Assembly (NCBI GenBank): GCA_048885925.1
Contig: JBHLLG010000010.1
Span: 11,234-75,233, forward strand
DNA from: Candidatus Hermodarchaeota archaeon
GTDB taxonomy: Archaea; Asgardarchaeota; Lokiarchaeia; Sigyniarchaeales; SOKP01
Reading direction: 5' to 3'
DNA length: 64,000 nucleotides
Every line of letters starts with the position of its first letter. Position 1 is the first letter of the stretch. Of this stretch, positions 8,989 through 19,378 are shown one piece after another. The translations under genes were made by a program, and so were the position numbers. The notes beneath the pieces are model-generated. The model did not search any database and was not told where the DNA came from. It saw only the letters and a program-made list of their open reading frames with translations.

Positions 8989-11142
8989 TTAATTATAATC
9001 CATAACAAAATGAACTTGATTTTCTAGCTTTTTTAAATATCCTAAGAAGCATGCTTGATTGAAGTGAACATTGAATTTATGTTCCATTATATCCTCCTCA
9101 CGTGCAAGTTCTTGAAACTTATTAAAATCTATCTTACCGTTCAAACCATAGGTTTTAACGATATTAATCAAAATTTTTAAATTTTTGTTTAAATACCTCT
9201 TTTTTTTTTTAGAATTTTTCTTTCTAGTGCTTTTTAATTTAATAATTTTTTTCCTAAGGATACTCTCATCAAATTTCAGTAAATCAGATAAAAATGTTAT
9301 ACCATAGTCTTTAAAGTCTTTGTATTCTTTGCTATTACAGAACTCATCTAATTTAGTAATAATATCTTCTATCGTACGATTTGCGAAGCACATTTGTTCT
9401 ATATCTTTCTTTTCTTTATAATTTTTGATATAGTCTAATTCTGAATATTGCTTTCCGTGAAGGGAAAATTCAATTTTTTTACGTTCTAAGTCATTGATTA
9501 GATTTAAATGGTTCGTATCGGACAAAACTGTTTCCATGGAGCGCTCTTTCCTTCGAGCAACATAATAATAAGGAATGTCAATTGTTTCTTCAGTAACAAG
9601 TATATAACACCTTCCTGGAGCAGATCTACCGGTTCTTCCACGTCTTTGAATTAGTCTAATTTCTGAAGGTACCGGTTCGAAAAATATAATAGCATCTACA
9701 TTAGGAATATCTAAACCTTCTTCAGCAACACTCGTAGCAATTAAAATATCTATAAGTCCTTGTCGAAATTCTTCTAAAATTTCTATCTGTAAATGTTGGG
9801 GAAATCCATTATCGTCCTTTTTCGTTGCTTGCCCTATGAATTTTTCAATTTTTAGTCTTTCTTTAAATTCAAGCTGTAATGAATTTTTAAGAAATTCAGC
9901 CATCTCTCGATATTGTGTAAAAACTAGAATTTTTTTATTATTAAATTCCTCAATCTCTTCTTTTATTATAGAAATTATTTTTTTTAATTTTGGATGAGAC
10001 AAAATATTCTGTTCTTTATTTTGAATTGTCGTATTTATATAATAATAATTCTCAGAATTAATAATTCTTTTAGCAGATAATATATCTTTATTAGCTTTAT
10101 ATTTTATTTTATCCAAAAACGATTTAAAAAGAGAAATGTCTTGAGTTTCCAATAAATCTTTTGCATGAAGTATAGATATACAACTTGAACAATAAGAATA
10201 TACAGAAGGTATATCAATTTGATTCTCTTTCACAACATCTATAATTCTGGGTGATTTAAAATATAAACACTCATAGAACTCATCTTCTGATAAATTTAAT
10301 TCATCTCCATTTTCATAATATAATGATAAAGTGAGGTCGCGTGACATCCCCAAAAAATCCAGTTTTGAATAATATGGTTTATTTGGAGGCAAAAGATTAC
10401 ATTTTACAAACCATCTTAAATACTTTTCAAATAAATTATACCAAACAGCACTTAATTCCCTTAATCTAACAGGTAAATCTATTAAATGAATGTATGTATC
10501 AATATCATGAATGTAATTTTTTACATCTTTATCTTGGCAATTTTTAAAGATAATATTTTCAATATATAAATTATCACATATTTGTTGAATACGTTCATAA
10601 TCCTTTCCTGGTGAGGCAGTTAATCCTAATATTAGTGGATCAGTGCACGTATTAACATATTCCTCTGATATAAAAGTATAGGCATAATTACCTTTAGTCT
10701 TATGAGCTTCATCGAAAATGATCAAAGCTATTTGCTTCAGATCGTATCTGTCCCTCATTAAATCATTTTTAATTACTTGAGGTGTAGAAATTATAATCTT
10801 CGAGTTTTGAAATAGTTGAATTCTTTTCTCTGGAGAAATTTTTCCTGTAAATATAGTGATTTCTTCTGAATTAATGTCCAACAATTTTATACATGAATGT
10901 TTATGTTGTGAGACTAAAGGACGTGTAGGAGCGAGAATGATGATTTTAGCCTTTGGATATTTTATTAAACAATTCGATATTAATAAAATACCTATTATTG
11001 TTTTTCCTAAACCCGTTGGTAAAACAACTAATGAATTTTTATTTTTACAGCTAGACACAATGTTTTTTTGATAATCCCTATAATGAATTTGATTTTTTTT
11101 TAAGAAAGGACCATTTATGTATTGTTCATGCTCTGTTTGCAT
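8989..11142 (-). CDS. hef: Hef/FANCM/Mph1-like SF2 DEAH helicase
   Basis: 'YRDYQ', 'LPTGLGKT', 'DEAH', 'LTASPG', 'ATSVAEEGLDIP' and 'IQRRGRTGR'. No ERCC4 nuclease motif is visible. Confidence 0.85.
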   Translation of the reverse strand: MQTEHEQYINGPFLKKNQIHYRDYQKNIVSSCKNKNSLVVLPTGLGKTIIGILLISNCLIKYPKAKIIILAPTRPLVSQHKHSCIKLLDINSEEITIFTGKISPEKRIQLFQNSKIIISTPQVIKNDLMRDRYDLKQIALIIFDEAHKTKGNYAYTFISEEYVNTCTDPLILGLTASPGKDYERIQQICDNLYIENIIFKNCQDKDVKNYIHDIDTYIHLIDLPVRLRELSAVWYNLFEKYLRWFVKCNLLPPNKPYYSKLDFLGMSRDLTLSLYYENGDELNLSEDEFYECLYFKSPRIIDVVKENQIDIPSVYSYCSSCISILHAKDLLETQDISLFKSFLDKIKYKANKDILSAKRIINSENYYYINTTIQNKEQNILSHPKLKKIISIIKEEIEEFNNKKILVFTQYREMAEFLKNSLQLEFKERLKIEKFIGQATKKDDNGFPQHLQIEILEEFRQGLIDILIATSVAEEGLDIPNVDAIIFFEPVPSEIRLIQRRGRTGRSAPGRCYILVTEETIDIPYYYVARRKERSMETVLSDTNHLNLINDLERKKIEFSLHGKQYSELDYIKNYKEKKDIEQMCFANRTIEDIITKLDEFCNSKEYKDFKDYGITFLSDLLKFDESILRKKIIKLKSTRKKNSKKKKRYLNKNLKILINIVKTYGLNGKIDFNKFQELAREEDIMEHKFNVHFNQACFLGYLKKLENQVHFVMDYN

Positions 11143-11298
11143 ATTATGAATAACTGCAAATTTATTATTTTTAAAAATAACATCGCTGTGAGATTTTTAT
11201 AATATTAAATTATCTCATAACTAATAGAAGTTATTTATTAATTCAGAAATAAGTTAATAAATTCCAAGATAAATGAAGATATTTTGTTCTTAATAAAA

Positions 11299-12303
11299 TT
11301 AAACCGGGAAAAATAATATCTCTTTTTTTGTATCTTTCCGATTGATTAAATTCTTTTCTTCCAGCATTTTTAAAGTCAGGACAACCCACCCTCGAGCGAC
11401 TTGATGCAAAAATCTACTATCATTAGGATAAATTGCTTTAATTATATTTTTGGGAGATATTCCATTTTCTTTACATTCACGAATGATATTTAGTATTTGC
11501 TTTTCCCGCTCTTTTCTATGGACTAAGATCTCATCAATTCTTTCCATTGGATTTTCAATAGGACTTCCATGGGCAGAGAAAATCAATTTAAGTTTCGGCA
11601 ATTTCTGAATTTCCTCAATAGATTTTACATATGCATTAATATTAGAATTTGGAGGACCGAGCCAAGTTGTTATTGATCTCAAGATATTATCTCCAGAAAA
11701 CAAAATGCCCTTCTCCTCATTATAAAGAGAAATATGATCTACAGCATGTCCAGGTGATGGAAAAATTTTCCAATTCTCACCATTGATTATGATCTCTGTG
11801 TTTTCTTCAAGAATTTCGTCAGGATTGTCTATATAACAAGCTCCATATATACGTTGGTAAAATAACCTTGAACCGATATTTCTTAAAAAATTAATTAGTT
11901 TACGAGATTTTTTTTTTCTGATTCTCAAATAGTCTTCATAAGCATCAGTTTCAAAACTTTTAATGAAGCTTTTCTTATTCTTTATAATTTCTGCGCTTTT
12001 TTTTGTTATCATTACCTTTATTCCTAAAACATCTCGTATTCGTTTTAAACCACTGAAGTGATCGGGATGGCAATGAGAAACAAGGATTCGAGTGATCTTA
12101 AAATCTTTATTTTGTTCCTTGAAATAGTTCTTAATTCTATTCACTTCTTTTATTAAATGTTTTACAGCTCTCTTGGTTCCATATCCTGCATCATAGATTA
12201 TTGCATCAGCACCAGCTAGGACATATATATTTTCAGGTGGCTTTATTGTACCAAAAGCACCTTTTTCCTTGATCAAAAAGATTCCCGGGTAAACTTCCTT
12301 CAC
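11299..12303 (-). CDS. MBL-fold metallo-hydrolase (LACTB2-like, C-terminal winged helix)
   Basis: SHCHPDH, PGH, SGD and SAHG motifs. Confidence 0.85.
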   Translation of the reverse strand: MKEVYPGIFLIKEKGAFGTIKPPENIYVLAGADAIIYDAGYGTKRAVKHLIKEVNRIKNYFKEQNKDFKITRILVSHCHPDHFSGLKRIRDVLGIKVMITKKSAEIIKNKKSFIKSFETDAYEDYLRIRKKKSRKLINFLRNIGSRLFYQRIYGACYIDNPDEILEENTEIIINGENWKIFPSPGHAVDHISLYNEEKGILFSGDNILRSITTWLGPPNSNINAYVKSIEEIQKLPKLKLIFSAHGSPIENPMERIDEILVHRKEREKQILNIIRECKENGISPKNIIKAIYPNDSRFLHQVARGWVVLTLKMLEEKNLINRKDTKKEILFFPV

Positions 12304-12494
12304 AATTCGTATAAATTTGCAAAATATTTATTGTTTGGTTTTATTTAGATTATGATCTAATTATGTTATGTTTTTTCTTTATTAATTTTAACATTAAACA
12401 ACAAAAAATGGATTCCATTTAAATTAAAGAATTACTTCATTTACTTTATATTTAACATTTGAATGAAATTCAACCAAATTGATTATGATTTAAA

Positions 12495-12932
12495 ATGTAT
12501 TGTCCTAAATGTGGTTCAAAAGTAGCTGATGAGGCAAAATTTTGCACTTTTTGTGGAGAACCCATTGAAGGTGAACGTATTCCTGAAAGTCAACCTATCC
12601 AACCAACCCCATCAACACCACCATCCTATCAGGATTCATTACCAACTCCAGTGAAAAAATCGACAACTAGTGGCGGTATTGCACTTGGTATTATAATTGC
12701 CTTAATAGTGGGTGGGGTTTTAATATATTTTGGATTTAGATCACTAGTTGGAGGCTATGCCTATACCACGGGATTAACCATGTTAATTATTGGTATTATT
12801 TTTATGAGTTTCATATGTTGTTTTTGTAGTGGTTGTAGTAGTGGAAGACGTCGCGGAGGTTATTACGGTGGTGGTTGTGACTGTAGCGGTTGCGATTGTG
12901 GTGATTGCGACTGCGGAGGGTGTGATTGTTAG
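12495..12932 (+). CDS. Zinc-ribbon membrane protein with a Cys-rich (CDC)n tail
   Basis: CPKC..CTFC ribbon, Pro-rich linker, 2 TMs, C-terminal GCDCSGCDCGDCDCGGCDC. Confidence 0.7.
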   Translation: MYCPKCGSKVADEAKFCTFCGEPIEGERIPESQPIQPTPSTPPSYQDSLPTPVKKSTTSGGIALGIIIALIVGGVLIYFGFRSLVGGYAYTTGLTMLIIGIIFMSFICCFCSGCSSGRRRGGYYGGGCDCSGCDCGDCDCGGCDC

Positions 12933-13025
12933 AAAATATATTATTAATCCTCATTGTTTTTAATAAACCTTAAAGTAAGTTTATAATACTCCTAAAATTC
13001 TCTTTTATAAAAATTAAATAAAAAG

Positions 13026-13499
13026 ATGCAGCAACAGGAACAAAATCGTCATAATAATAAAAAAAAAATAATTCATTGGTTGGCTCATCATAATCCAAAC
13101 CGAGAAGATTTCAATAATCATGTAATTTATATTTTTAGCTATGCAATTTGTATAGGATGTTCTGCTTTTATTTTGGGTGCGGGTGTTGCTTTAATAATTG
13201 GTAATATATTTTATGATTATATTAGTAATTTCATCAGCTTTCCTATTATTTTCTTAACTTTTTTAATTTGCTGGCTCCCCTCAATTTTCCAATATTCAAT
13301 TCAAGCTATAAAAAGGAAACCACTTACCAATCGATTTTTAAAATTTCTTATTCGCTTTCTTTATCCATTAGGTAGTATCATACTCATATTTAATTCGCCA
13401 CTATGGGGATTTATTATTGCAATTCCAGCAGGTTTATTAATAATAGTTATAAGAAAGATATTTTATAAAAAAAAGGAACTCAAGAGTAAAAAGATTTAG
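13026..13499 (+). CDS. Small membrane protein (DUF2085-like, HH..CxxC)
   Basis: 'LAHH' ... 'ICIGC' followed by about 4 TM segments. Confidence 0.55.
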   Translation: MQQQEQNRHNNKKKIIHWLAHHNPNREDFNNHVIYIFSYAICIGCSAFILGAGVALIIGNIFYDYISNFISFPIIFLTFLICWLPSIFQYSIQAIKRKPLTNRFLKFLIRFLYPLGSIILIFNSPLWGFIIAIPAGLLIIVIRKIFYKKKELKSKKI

Positions 13500-14224
13500 C
13501 TTTTATTATGCTTTTTCAATTGTTTTTTTAACCTCTTGAGAAGTTCATCGGTAGTGAGAGTATTTGTAAAGAATAGTTCCATACCTCTTAGGGCAGCATT
13601 ATGTATAGTTGGAGACCATGCTGCACATGCATCATCAATCACATAAACGTTAAATCCTAAATCAAATGCGGTTCTTGCTGTATTTTCAACACATATATTC
13701 GTAACTACTCCTACAATTATTACTGTATTAATTCCTAAATTTCTTAATTGATGCTCAAGATCTGTTGAACTAAATGTTCCATTAGTTGTTTTAAGTATAA
13801 CTATATCTTCTGTTTCTGGTTTTAATTCAGGGATAATTTCTGAAGTAATTTCTTGGATAGATGGGAATATGTATTTTCCAAACATATTTTCGAAGATTTC
13901 ATTATATGTACGCACATTATTTGCATAATCATTACGATCTTTTCTACGAGAAGCAAATCTGGTATAATATATAGGGATTTTATTTTCTCTAAAGAATTTT
14001 AACAATAGCTTAATATTTGGAATCACTACTTCATCAACTTGTTTTATAAAATATTGAATTAAACCAGGAATTGATTTTTCAAAGGATTCTACCATAGCAG
14101 AGGTTCTCTTTACTTGATAATCTTGCATATCAATAATTAAAAGAGCGCTTTCACGAGGAATAATTGGCGGGGCAAATCCTCTTTTAAGTTTTAAATATTG
14201 ATCAATTTTTTCTTCTATATCCAA
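13496..14224 (-). CDS. Isochorismatase-family cysteine hydrolase
   Basis: ALLIIDMQ (Asp), ILK (Lys) and VTNICVENTAR (Cys) form the triad. Confidence 0.9.
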   Translation of the reverse strand: MDIEEKIDQYLKLKRGFAPPIIPRESALLIIDMQDYQVKRTSAMVESFEKSIPGLIQYFIKQVDEVVIPNIKLLLKFFRENKIPIYYTRFASRRKDRNDYANNVRTYNEIFENMFGKYIFPSIQEITSEIIPELKPETEDIVILKTTNGTFSSTDLEHQLRNLGINTVIIVGVVTNICVENTARTAFDLGFNVYVIDDACAAWSPTIHNAALRGMELFFTNTLTTDELLKRLKKQLKKHNKS

Positions 14225-14543
14225 TTTATATCACATGTAATTTTTATAAATAATATTCATCGTAAAACAATTTAATAATTCTTATTATATCAAATTTCAA
14301 TAGGATAAATTTTCAGAAAAAGTTGAGACACATTATACTAACTCAAAGCTGATTCTTTTAGTTATGAATAAAATGAAAAGTTAGAAAAGAAATATTTTTA
14401 AAGATTTTGTTAGAAATTTGATTAATTAGAAGAAGTTGTAAGATTATAAAATATGGCTTTTATAATAAAATTAAGAACTATCTTTTCTTTTAATAACATA
14501 TTAGTTAACATTTAAATTTTATAATGGAAAGAGGATTATTGTC

Positions 14544-17522
14544 ATGGGTAAGGAACAGAAAAAATTGGCTAATATTTTTAGATTACTCAAAAAGATGATT
14601 GAAGAAAATGAAGATTATAAAAGAGAAATCTATAATGAAGGCACAGGGATGAACTTTAATTCAAGAATTCTGTTTACAATTGAAGGAAATGAAACTGATT
14701 ATGTTGCCATTATTTTTAAGGATGGTAATATTGAGATTTTTGAAGAAAAGATTGAAGACCCATCAGTTAAATTCATATTCAAAACGGCCAGAGGTTTAGG
14801 AAAATTAAGCCGAGCATCTTCCCAAGAAATTGTCTATTCTCTTTTAAATAATAAAATCCAATATATTGGAAGCTTAAGTGATGTAACTAAATTTTTCTTT
14901 CTATTAAGTTATATACTCCTTAAACAAAAGGATGATTTTGATAAAAGGCAGGCTGAGAGAAAAAAACCAGAACTTTTACCGTTTGAGGATTTTACAGATT
15001 GGGATAGCGCTACAAAACAAATGACACACAAATACTTAGGCTACAAGGTTGATAATGTAAAATATTTAGATGATCCCTATTTGAGCAAATACAACCTAAA
15101 AGACTTTAAGCGATTAAATTATCTGAAATATTGTCGTTTCAACACCCAAGTAGAAGTATGTCCTGAACGAGCTAAGCTTATCACAGAATTTGCTAGAAAA
15201 GAGGGTTACACACCTGAAGATGGCAATAAAGATCATCCCGAATTAAAAATGGGAAAAATAATTAATTATATTCTTTCCAATAAGGAAGCTTCCATCCAAG
15301 ATTGGGATTATTTACCGGGTATTTCGACATCAAAACAGAGAGGAGCGTTAATTTACCCAGAATTTGGAGCAATAATTTTCTGGCCTGAACTATATTCAGC
15401 AGATTCCAGAGAACTTTATCCGCAATTAATTACACAAGAGACTATCGATATTCTTAATACAGAAGTCTTCCCATATTGGGCTGACCGTTGTTTAAGAGAA
15501 TACACAAGGCAAATGACTGGAAATCAGCTTTCCCAACAATTAGACGAACTTTTTGTTTTTTATTTTATGTGGAAGACACAGGCTATTTCACACACAATTC
15601 CTGGCTTTGAGACTTTCTTTAAAAGAGGTCTTGACGATCTTATTCAGGAAGCTAAGAAAAAAGAAGAAGAGATTAGCGAACAAGCTAAAAAGGATTTTTA
15701 TAAAGGAATTCAATTAGCTTGTCAAGGTGTATTAACTTATGCTAAAAATTTAGCAAATGTAGTTGAACAAAAAGCAGCCGAAATAGTTGAAAGTAATGCA
15801 TCAGAGCAATCAATAAAAAGAAAAAGTGAATTAAAAAACATATCACACATTTTACATAATATTCCTGCGAAACCACCTGAAACACTTGAAGAGGCGATAA
15901 TTTCGCTTTGGATTATGTGGATAGCATTAACTATGGAAAACGCTCATATGGGATTATCGCTTGGTAGATTAGATAAGTTACTACAACCATTTTTCATTTC
16001 AGATATGGAAAAAATCGAATCTGAAGAGGAGAAAGAAGAATATATAAAAAAAGCAGTTGAATTGATAGGGAGCTTTTTTCTACGGTGTTCAGACCAAGAA
16101 CCCTTACTACCAGATATAGGAAATTATTTGTTTGGAGGTAGTGGTCAAGATTTTGCTATTACAGTTGGAGGTGTAGATTCAGAAGGAGCTTCGGCAGTTT
16201 GTGATATGACTTTCATCATTCTTAAGGCTGCAGAAATGCTCTCCATTCGTGATCCTAATCTAAACGCGAGATATTATCCTGGAATAAATTCAAAAGAATA
16301 TTTAGATAGATTATTAGAGGTGAATATAAATACACATGCTACTCCAAGTATTCACAATGATATCCAGATGATTAAAGCACTTACAAAAGTTGGATTTAAA
16401 TTAGAAGATGCGAGAGGATGGGCTGCTACTGGATGTGTTGAACCGACTATATGTGGAAAACACTTCGGTCATACAAATAGTATGATGTTCAATGCTGTTG
16501 CTGCTATGGAAATGGCATTAAATAATGGATATCATCCTGTTGTAAGCATGAAGCGAAGAATTGGTCCTGAGACAGGAGATGTTGCTCAATTCCAAAACTT
16601 TGATGCATTTTTAAATGCATATAAGGAGCAACTTCACTTTTTAGTTGAAAACAGTGTAGAATGTAATAATAATCTCGGTAAAGCGCACCAACTCTTACAT
16701 CCGTCACCTTTGCTAAGTTCTTTATTTGAGGGTCCTATGAAAAAGGGAAATGATTTAGTAAACGGTGGAGCAATTTATAATACTTCTGGAGTTGCTGTGA
16801 TAGGCATCGCGGATATAATTGATTCTTTAAAAGTAGTTAAAACTCTTGTATACGATAAAAAAGAAATTGATTTTATAACTTTAAATGAGCATGTTAAAAA
16901 TGATTTTTCTACTCCTGAAGGAGAATTATTGCTAAAAAGAATAAAATTAATCAAAAAATTTGGTACAGGTGATAAAGAAACGATCGAAATCGGTCAAAAT
17001 GTAATAGATTTTCTTTACAATGACTTTTATTCACACAAGAATTATCGCGGGGGTCGTTATTTAACAGGATTTTGGAGTATGAGCAACCATGTGGCTTTTG
17101 GCACACTCTCAGGAGCTTTACCGAATGGTCGAAAAGCTAATAAACCGTTCACTCCCGGGTTAACCCCAACACCAGGAGGAAAAGATTTACTAATTCAAAA
17201 TATACAATCTGTTGCAGCATTAGACACAGATAAAATGCCAAACAATCTAGCCTTTAATATTAAATTAATACCAAATGCAAATGATTTACATGAAGAAACA
17301 TTAAATCATTTTAATGGATATACCTCGAGTTATTTTGATTTAGGTGGAATGCAGATTCAATTTAATGTAGTGAGTACAGATACTTTAAAAGATGCTATGG
17401 AACATCCCGAGAATTATGGTTGGTTAATTGTACGAATTTCAGGATATAATGCTTATTTCACGCAATTAAATAAGTACTTACAATTAGAGTTAATTGAACG
17501 GCAAGAATTCGCAACTCATTAA
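14544..17522 (+). CDS. Glycyl radical enzyme (PFL2/eliminase-like class) with an N-terminal SCP2-like domain
   Basis: Cys loop 'TGCVEP', Gly loop 'VRISGYNAYF', 'QIQFNVV'. Residues ~35-125 show an SCP2 sterol-carrier-like pattern. Confidence 0.85.
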   Translation: MGKEQKKLANIFRLLKKMIEENEDYKREIYNEGTGMNFNSRILFTIEGNETDYVAIIFKDGNIEIFEEKIEDPSVKFIFKTARGLGKLSRASSQEIVYSLLNNKIQYIGSLSDVTKFFFLLSYILLKQKDDFDKRQAERKKPELLPFEDFTDWDSATKQMTHKYLGYKVDNVKYLDDPYLSKYNLKDFKRLNYLKYCRFNTQVEVCPERAKLITEFARKEGYTPEDGNKDHPELKMGKIINYILSNKEASIQDWDYLPGISTSKQRGALIYPEFGAIIFWPELYSADSRELYPQLITQETIDILNTEVFPYWADRCLREYTRQMTGNQLSQQLDELFVFYFMWKTQAISHTIPGFETFFKRGLDDLIQEAKKKEEEISEQAKKDFYKGIQLACQGVLTYAKNLANVVEQKAAEIVESNASEQSIKRKSELKNISHILHNIPAKPPETLEEAIISLWIMWIALTMENAHMGLSLGRLDKLLQPFFISDMEKIESEEEKEEYIKKAVELIGSFFLRCSDQEPLLPDIGNYLFGGSGQDFAITVGGVDSEGASAVCDMTFIILKAAEMLSIRDPNLNARYYPGINSKEYLDRLLEVNINTHATPSIHNDIQMIKALTKVGFKLEDARGWAATGCVEPTICGKHFGHTNSMMFNAVAAMEMALNNGYHPVVSMKRRIGPETGDVAQFQNFDAFLNAYKEQLHFLVENSVECNNNLGKAHQLLHPSPLLSSLFEGPMKKGNDLVNGGAIYNTSGVAVIGIADIIDSLKVVKTLVYDKKEIDFITLNEHVKNDFSTPEGELLLKRIKLIKKFGTGDKETIEIGQNVIDFLYNDFYSHKNYRGGRYLTGFWSMSNHVAFGTLSGALPNGRKANKPFTPGLTPTPGGKDLLIQNIQSVAALDTDKMPNNLAFNIKLIPNANDLHEETLNHFNGYTSSYFDLGGMQIQFNVVSTDTLKDAMEHPENYGWLIVRISGYNAYFTQLNKYLQLELIERQEFATH

Positions 17523-17556
17523 ATTTCCCTTTAAAATTAATATTACTCGAATTAAT

Positions 17557-18450
17557 ATGGAAACTTTAATTGTAAATGTTAAAAGAAATTCATTGGATGA
17601 TGGTCCTGGCATTCGAACTGTAATTTTCTTTAAAGGTTGTCCACTTTCTTGCATTTGGTGCCAAAACCCAGAAACTAAATCACCATCTCAAGAAATTTCA
17701 TTTGATAAGGAAAATTGTATTGAATGTAAAAAATGTTTTGAAGTTTGTAGTAATAACGCAATTAGTTTCTTGTATAAATATCGTATAAATAGGAATAAAT
17801 GTAATTTATGCGGTAATTGCATTGAAGTCTGTCAAAATGAGGCGCTAAAATTTGCTGGTAAAAAGTACGATATAGAAACACTCTATAAAAAAATAATTCG
17901 AGATAAACCTTTTTATGATAATTCGGGAGGTGGTGTCACTTTTTCAGGAGGTGAGCCTACTTTTCACATAGAATACTTGAATAAACTATTAAAAAAACTT
18001 AAGAAAGACAATATACATATTTGCCTTGAAACTTGCGGTTATTATAATCGTGAAAATTTCAATAACTTAATCTTACCTTATTTGGATTTAATATATTTTG
18101 ATTTAAAGGTTTTCGATCCAAAGATACATATAAAATATTGTAGTGTTTCTAATGAGAGAATATTCCAAAATTTTGAAGAATTAATTAAAAAGAATCAAGT
18201 TGAGGTTTTACCACGAATTTCATTGATACCAAAAATTACAGCAACTAAAAACAACCTATTGAAATTAGCTAATTATTTAAAAGGCAAGAATATAAAGAAA
18301 ATTAGTCTTTTACCTTACAATCCTTTATGGATTTCTAAATCTGAGACCATTGGAAAAAAGGCAAAATATACACGCTCAAATTGGCTCAATCAAAAAGAAA
18401 AGATAGTTGTTAAGAAAATTTTTTCTAATTTTAAATTTCGAGAATTCTGA
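17557..18450 (+). CDS. Glycyl-radical enzyme activating enzyme (radical SAM with a 2x[4Fe-4S] insertion)
   Basis: 'DDGPGIRTVIFFKGCPLSCIWCQNPE', two CxxCxxCxxxC motifs and 'GVTFSGGEP'. The ATG at 17557 is preferred over 17494, which overlaps the upstream gene. Confidence 0.92.
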   Translation: METLIVNVKRNSLDDGPGIRTVIFFKGCPLSCIWCQNPETKSPSQEISFDKENCIECKKCFEVCSNNAISFLYKYRINRNKCNLCGNCIEVCQNEALKFAGKKYDIETLYKKIIRDKPFYDNSGGGVTFSGGEPTFHIEYLNKLLKKLKKDNIHICLETCGYYNRENFNNLILPYLDLIYFDLKVFDPKIHIKYCSVSNERIFQNFEELIKKNQVEVLPRISLIPKITATKNNLLKLANYLKGKNIKKISLLPYNPLWISKSETIGKKAKYTRSNWLNQKEKIVVKKIFSNFKFREF

Positions 18451-18601
18451 ATTCCAGTTTGAAAAATCACATATAAAGTAGAACTATGAGTGTGTCTTAC
18501 ACTTGAATTCATTGATTTTGCTTTCACATTATATGCTAATAGCATTCTATTAATAAAAAAAGTAATCTGTCTATGATTCTAATATAATAAAGAGTGGAAA
18601 T
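18413..18601 (+). repeat. Diverged direct repeat, copy 1 (3' end of the activase gene plus downstream region)
   Basis: Shares blocks 'aaatttcgagaattct', 'tatgagtgtgtcttaca', 'agtaatctgt' and 'attctaatataataaagagtggaaat' with 19379-19590. Confidence 0.9.
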
Positions 18602-18644
18602 TCAAAATGGAATTAACAAAAAAAAAAATTGAATGGTAGTTAAT

Positions 18645-19202
18645 TCACTTAAATTTTATGTATTTATGTCCTTTATCTTCAAGAATTTTTAATAATAAAT
18701 CTCTAAATACTGATTCTACATTCTGTCCTGTTTTTGATGAACATTCAATATATTTATGGAATTTATATGATCTCATCATGTCTACCACGTCATCTTTTTT
18801 ACAAACCCTTTGTTGTTCAAGATCTAGTTTACCACCAACCATTATCAGAGGTATATATCTAACTGTCTTACCAAATTCTGGAAGCCATTCATTTAAAGCA
18901 ATTAAACTTTCATAATTAGTAAGATCAAACATAAAAATTCCTCCAGATGAACCTCGAGCATAACTTGATATCAGGAATTTAAACCTCGTCTGACCACCAA
19001 AATCCCATATTTGAAGTGTTATTGTTCCATTCTCTATCTCTAAGTATTTAACATGTATTGATGCCCCAAGAGTCGATTGTATATTTTCATGAAATAGATT
19101 TGTCATATAACGATCTACCAATGTTGTCTTTCCAACAGCTTTATCCCCGAAAATACAAATCTTGTATGCAAATTCTAGCTCATTTTGTCTATTTCCTTCC
19201 AT
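18645..19202 (-). CDS. Rab-like small GTPase (Ras superfamily)
   Basis: G1 GDKAVGKT, G3 WDFGGQ, G4 GKLD (degenerate), G5 SSK. No C-terminal Cys motif. Confidence 0.92.
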   Translation of the reverse strand: MEGNRQNELEFAYKICIFGDKAVGKTTLVDRYMTNLFHENIQSTLGASIHVKYLEIENGTITLQIWDFGGQTRFKFLISSYARGSSGGIFMFDLTNYESLIALNEWLPEFGKTVRYIPLIMVGGKLDLEQQRVCKKDDVVDMMRSYKFHKYIECSSKTGQNVESVFRDLLLKILEDKGHKYIKFK

Positions 19203-19378
19203 TTTTAAACAAATTTCATTTTATTTATGAATATTAATGTATTAGATCTATAATATAGGTTATACTTTTGTGTCTTAAATATTTTAATAAATAACATTCT
19301 ATTTAAATTCAATTAGCTCAATTTTTTTTGAAAATAGATATATGACTTCATTTACAACTCATATTTTAATATAATATT

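Noticed and set aside
14544-17522. Annotation as pyruvate formate-lyase or as alkyl/benzylsuccinate synthase
   Set aside because: It lacks the PFL CC motif. The GCVEP loop and the absence of small-subunit genes do not support a fumarate-adding enzyme.
17494-17556. Longer N-terminus for the activase
   Set aside because: It overlaps the GRE stop codon, and family similarity begins at the Met at 17557.
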